Source: Takakia lepidozioides
Lineage: Eukaryota > Plantae > Bryophyta
Direction: 5' to 3'
Assembly: GCA_030704615.1 (NCBI GenBank)
Contig: JAKLZA010000251.1
Span: 1-25,000 of the forward strand
Length of the DNA: 25,000 bases
A program made the position numbers and the translations under genes. Below, in pieces: positions 20,001-25,000 of this stretch. Under the pieces are notes generated by a model. The model was not told where the DNA came from, made no database searches, and worked only from the letters and a program-made list of their open reading frames with translations. Positions within the stretch are counted from its first letter, which is position 1, and the number at the start of each line of letters is the position of its first letter.

Positions 20001-23000
20001 AACCAACAAACTCATGAAGCAACAGACAATTTTCAGAGATGGAACACATTCTCAACCATGGCAAGGTGCCACCCACTTAGACAGGAGTAGTACAGTATGC
20101 CCAAGCACAGGGGCTATCTCTGCAGCTGCACTTGACCACTTTACCCTGAGTCCAAGTCATGATCTATTTTTACTTCTTTCTACCTTCTTTTCCAGCCCTA
20201 CTTCTTTCAAAATCTAAAGGGAGCCCTGATTGTGTGAATAGTCTACCCCTTCAACGGAAGTGTTCCTGAACAAAGTAAGACCGCCTCAGTCTCTTCAATG
20301 ACTCGAATATCATAAGAATTCAAGTAAACCACGTATAGGCCCTGCGAAACCTCACGGTTATATGCAAACTACAATGAATATGGCATGGAGCAGGATACAT
20401 CTGCCTTGTGGACTCCATCTCACAGTGTTGAAAGGTCCTTGTCCAAACTCAAAGAGAGGCTTACAATCGAAACTGAACAGTGTGGCTCTTGCCGGCATAA
20501 CTGCGCTGTGAGTCAAGTAATAGCAATACAACCAAGCGCAAACTTCATATCATGCAAGGATACATCTTACATCCTGTCTTTCTCCTATAATCAGCACGTA
20601 CATATTTAGGGACATGCCATATAAATATGAAATACATCAGCATGCTTCTGTTGCTTTTTAGGTTTATAATTTTCAGGGGACCCTAATGATAGAACATCCA
20701 AGTTCTTGCCTGTATGCTCACAATACATCTCGAAGGCTAGTTCTTTTTCCAGCACTCTATTAAGACAGGTCTGAACTGGATTAACAAAGCTGAGGTGGAA
20801 TCATATTTATCAGATTATAAGTTGGATACAGCCATAAACCACCAAAAAGTCTTTGCCAGTTGGGGACCACTGCACATCATGTATTGGCCCCTCCTTACCT
20901 GGCAAATCACAAGATAAAATGTAGAGAAATTCAACCTCACGTAATCAAGCTGGTTTGCCATGCAACATCCAACATGAGTGAACATAATTCCAGTCTGATT
21001 TTCTATCTGTGGACGTAAACCACAGATCTGAAGGAACAGGACTATTCTTCAAATATCAGTAACATCAAATGAAGGGATTTGCAGTATAGCATGACAATAG
21101 TGTGCCGGCACGCCAGCTATGTGACACAGAGACGACACTCTCATTGGCTTTACCTGCAAGATTCTAATGAGCAAGGATCCAAAGACATACTCAATGGCAC
21201 GGCTCCTTCATGACGGCCATCACTGGTCAAGTAGTGCAATCGAGTCTCCCCATAGTAGCTCTGGTTAGTCTTGTCAACATCCGAATGCGCCAAAACCAGG
21301 ACACCGGTTGATCCTTTGTTCCACATCAATTGGACAGAGGAGGACTTGAAAAAGCTGCGCCGTGCCACAGGTTGGGCTTGGTTCAGTTGTGCTCGCTCAA
21401 ATATGCGCACGCTAGCTGGTGCCCCCTGGGATGGAAAGCAACTTCTTGAAAAGGGGCCACAAGCCTTTTCTCTACTGCACAAGAAATGCCTCATCTCTGA
21501 ACTCAGGGGGCCAATGTTTGCCACACTCAAGCCTGTCCAAGGGGCTGAAGCTTACAACAAGAAAACAATGGGCAGAAAAGCTAACCTTAATCTCAGGGAC
21601 ATAAGCAGCAATGTGTGATGGAGGCGAAGGGGCAAGTCCTACGCCGTCAATTCCTGGCAAGCGTAGCCGATCAACTACGCCTTTTGGAAAGTCACGTCCA
21701 TCAAACAAGTGCGCTTCGTTCGTCACTAGCCGGCATGCGACACTCTCATCTTCACTGAACTGAATAACTGGCCTGGCACAGAAATTCAGCACCAGAATTC
21801 ACCATGCCACTTGAAAGACACATACGCCATTCACTGTCTGCAACCTTAACTATACTTACAATCAGATGCTAAGGAGGGATAGTTGCTGCAATCCTCAATT
21901 TTCAAAACCAGATAGCTGGGGCAACCCAATGCTGTTGTCGAGGTAACTACAACAAGAACAAACAAACCTTTTGTATCTTTATCCACGTCTGCATTCCCAA
22001 AAAATGGAGTGCAAATCAGTGCTTATAAATGGACATCAGGGTTTATGCCAGGGTTTATGTCAGCAACTTTGTCTGTTAATAAGTATGAACATCAAGAGCT
22101 ACTAAAATTGACCACTCTGAAGGTCAGATGCACAAATGTTACTAACCAAGTGCTTTTGGACATAGTCTTCTGAAACTGCTGCAAGACAATGGCTCCTGTG
22201 ACTGCATTCCAGAGAGTCAAATTCTTCTGCTGTCCCACAGGCTTTTGGAAGGTCTGCATATATGTCCCCCGTGGTGAGAAGGCAGTGGCTGTCACACCGG
22301 CAGCTGACAGTGCTAGAACCTCTTTACCAGAGTCACAATCGTATATCAGGACAGCATTTGCTGTGGTCACGGCCAATTTGCTCCCGTCCTCACTGAACTT
22401 TGCTGCTGCGCATGATATCCTGTGTCGATCCGATTCCATCGAAGCCCTCAGCATCTTCTACCATAACATCGTCTATGTTTTGCGAAAAAAAACATGCGGG
22501 CAAATGACTGCGAGACAACTGACAACATAACAACAGCTACAATGTCTCAAGTGCACATGATTGAAACCCTAGACATGTGGTTGCTGCAAATGGACGGGGT
22601 GGATATGAGGCAATAAAGAGTCTACCTGTCGATCGTGGCTTGTGGTTCACCTTCAAAAGGAGGTCCCACCAGCAGCGACAGCCCATCCGGGCCTCTCACT
22701 GCACATGCAAGGGACTACATGTTAAGAAGATCACTTCCACGACCAGAACGAAGTCAGGAGTGTTCAGCCAAACTATACACTAGGTTTGTCAATCCTCACC
22801 CAAAACTCTTTGTGACATAATGCAAGGGTTCTATGACTAGGCCACAGCTGTCGCTCATCCAGAACGAAAGTTGATGAATCTACAACCCATCTCCAAAGAG
22901 GAATATGACCTTATGTGAAGATTTGCAAGCAACCACCCCTGATAAATAATAGACACAGGGCAGTCCCAGCACCCCTTGCACCTGCATGTATACGTTATGT

Positions 23001-23129
23001 TCACAACAAGTTGCTCTAGTTACTGATCTCGCGACCATGCTTGATACTACGAGATGGAACAACCACTTAAAAAAAAAAATGGCGGCAAAAAATATTACCG
23101 AAGAAATTCAAGGGGGACAAAGCACCCAT
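17031..23129 (-). CDS. eIF2A: Eukaryotic translation initiation factor 2A, ~16 exons
   Basis: Exons 23129-23099, 22698-22626, 22419-22147, 21772-21586, 21425-21191, 20898-20830, 20500-20399, 19970-19930, 19798-19665, 19460-19397, 19191-19080, 18729-18668, 18214-18171, 17891-17780, 17458-17398 and 17239-17031. Signature peptides: VRGPDG..GPPF, SDVDKTNQSYYGETRLHYL, KEGPIHDVQWSP, VYGFMPARAT, GPFNTVRWSP, LAGFGNLPGDMAFWD, TAPRLQVDNG, AYRPPHA, SKSALKNKKRREK. Boundaries of exons 11, 14 and 15 are less certain. Confidence 0.95.
18489..18704. repeat. 108-bp near-perfect tandem duplication spanning the eIF2A exon 12 donor
   Basis: 18489-18596 and 18597-18704 are identical except one base (tttacagaag versus tttactgaag). 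Confidence 0.95.
19971..20398 (-). other. U12-type (minor spliceosome) GT-AG intron 7 of eIF2A
   Basis: Donor T|GTATCCTG. Branch-like TTGCTTAAT ~12 nt before an AAG acceptor. No polypyrimidine tract. Phase 1. Confidence 0.72.
20501..20829 (-). other. U12-type (minor spliceosome) GT-AG intron 6 of eIF2A
   Basis: Donor T|GTATCCAAC. Branch-like TTACTTGAC ~11 nt before the CAG acceptor. No polypyrimidine tract. Phase 1. Confidence 0.6.
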
Positions 23130-24727
23130 ATTGATGGCACCAGCTCCAGATGCAGAGTGAGCACTGAGGAGATCACCAAGCCACAAGCACTCGTAAGATT
23201 CTTCTGCACCTGCAGGTCTCCGACGACCGATTCTTGCAACAGCAGCTCAACACTTGGGGGAAGCACTGAGCTATCAGGGTTTTCAATTTGCTAAGAAGCG
23301 CTGCTTCATCAGATAGCGAATTCAAGGTGACCCCGGCCAAAAAATAACTCTTTTGATATTTCAGAGACTTGACTTTTAGAATGCGGTGATTTTCTGCTTG
23401 GGAATGACTATCGTTGACAGAAGAAGGACGGTTTTGGATCTCGAAGGGAAAGCTGTGAGGGGTTTGTAAGGCTCCGTGTGTAGCCCGTGTTCAGCGGTGA
23501 GGACAGCGCGGGGTACTTGGGAGTTATGTTGGTTGGGGGCGCTTGGCTCACCTCTCTTCTGCTCTCTGTTCTGCTTTGTGTAGGGCGCCTGAATAGTGCC
23601 GCGTTTGGGCGCTGCGCTGGAGTATAGACGGAGATGCCGTTAGGCCGCCCCTTAGTTAATGATCAGTTAACTAACTAATGGGAAATAGACAAAGAAAGCT
23701 GAAAACTTCGGGATTGTAGCAATCTCAAGAGTGGGATCAAGTCTTGATCCGATAATCTCGAAAGGATTCATGCTGAGAAGTTCCACTCGCAAAACAATGG
23801 TTTTTGCAAGCTCAGAACTGAGTGCTTCTTAACACCACCAACACTAAAACTTGCCATGACTGTCCAGTAGACAAGGGAGGGTCTGTAGGGAAATTTTGGG
23901 TGACCATGACGTGATGGGCATCCTCGCACCTAGGTTGCACAGATCTTTCAAGAGCTCCTCCATCTACACGCATAACCAAACTAGTTTCAGAAACACCTAC
24001 CCACAACATTTCAGGTCCTGCCATCTGCATCACAAGGGTGCTTTGGGATGCATGACTTGGGAATTGATCCTGCGGAAGTGCACCGTACTTGGAAAATTCA
24101 TCTCTACTTGCATAAAGTATTCACTCAACCTTTGTGATACCATGATACAATTCTGTCAATCAGGCTGAATAGTACCAATGCTTCCTGTATAAGTCAAAAC
24201 TTGAGTGTGGACGGGCTGCTACACTTGCACATCTCTGGACTCGGAGAGGATTTGACTGATGATATAACCATACCAAGCTGTACTGTTTTTCCTGGGTAGG
24301 ACATCCAAGTTGGTGTGTAGGATGAAAGTTAGAGCATAATCATTGCTTGATCATTGAAGCAGGATAGCGATCCCCTCCTCGGCCCTCATGGTAAGCTCGA
24401 ACCTGCTACTGTTCCCTTCTTCTTTCTCATAGCAAATCCAGCCAATCCCAAAAGATGCCGTGGATTCCCACAGCAGAGTGCTCCTGCTTATCTTACTCAC
24501 TCCAACTCCTCCTCAGTCAGAACCAGTGTTGGACCGGTATCATAAACATTTCATACCAGCCAGGGTCTGGTATTGTCCTTGGAGAGGCCTCCTTCATACC
24601 TGGATGGGTATCAAAGTAGATATTAAACTTTTAATGTACCAGTCTGGTATATACATTGTTTTTGTTTGGCCTGGTATGGTACATATCAGTATTGCAAATT
24701 TCAAATTTTATATTGGGGGTATATCTC

Positions 24728-25000
24728 TTTTTTTTTCTTTTTTTTTTTGACAAAGGGACATAGGCCTCTCATTTTACAATAATTGGGATGATATGGCGCA
24801 CACGCGAGCTGACCGGTGGGCCCCGCGCATGGACGCCCGGCTCCCCCACCCGGACCCCCCCCGCCCGCCGCTGCGTGCGGTCGCCCACCTGCTGCCGCGC
24901 CCGCGGCAGCCCCGCCCCCAGTCCGGCGCGACCAGTCTGTTGCCCGTGAGTCCAGTTCCCCTCAGTCCGCCAAACTGCCAGTCTGCCGGCCAGTCTGCTG
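24728..25000 (-). mobile_element. Possible 3' end of a non-LTR retroelement or other GC-rich repeat, continuing out of the window
   Basis: An interrupted ~21-nt poly(T) tract (poly(A) on the minus strand) is followed by an abrupt switch to very GC-rich sequence with repeated cagtc(t/c)g motifs. Confidence 0.3.

Noticed and set aside
4246-23129. Idea that PPR-DYW, the DUF1818-like gene and eIF2A form a functional cluster
   Set aside because: Adjacent plant nuclear genes are usually unrelated, and nothing in the sequence shows co-regulation.
23800-24700. Short ORFs upstream of eIF2A
   Set aside because: No family motifs or coherent exon chain.

Overview
Eukaryotic nuclear DNA from a land plant. 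The PLS-PPR consensus and gene content look bryophyte-like or otherwise non-seed-plant (inference). In order along the window: (1) the 5' part of a minus-strand Gly/Thr-rich dehydrin/LEA-like gene built from duplicated exon+intron units; (2) a decayed fragment of a UDP-rhamnose synthase (RHM) dehydratase gene; (3) a single-ORF PLS-E1-E2-DYW PPR gene (organellar C-to-U RNA editing factor) with an unresolved start; (4) a 7-exon minus-strand gene for a probably plastid-targeted protein with a cyanobacterial DUF1818-like domain preceded by two CDxxGC motifs; (5) a repeat patch with a possible solo LTR, a ~1 kb element with ~98-bp terminal inverted repeats, and a stray copy of one DUF1818-gene exon; (6) a complete ~16-exon minus-strand eIF2A gene with two consecutive U12-type introns and a recent 108-bp duplication of a splice donor; (7) a poly(T)/GC-rich edge. 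All exon models were read by hand from splice signals and reading frame. Homology calls are from recalled family motifs, not database searches.
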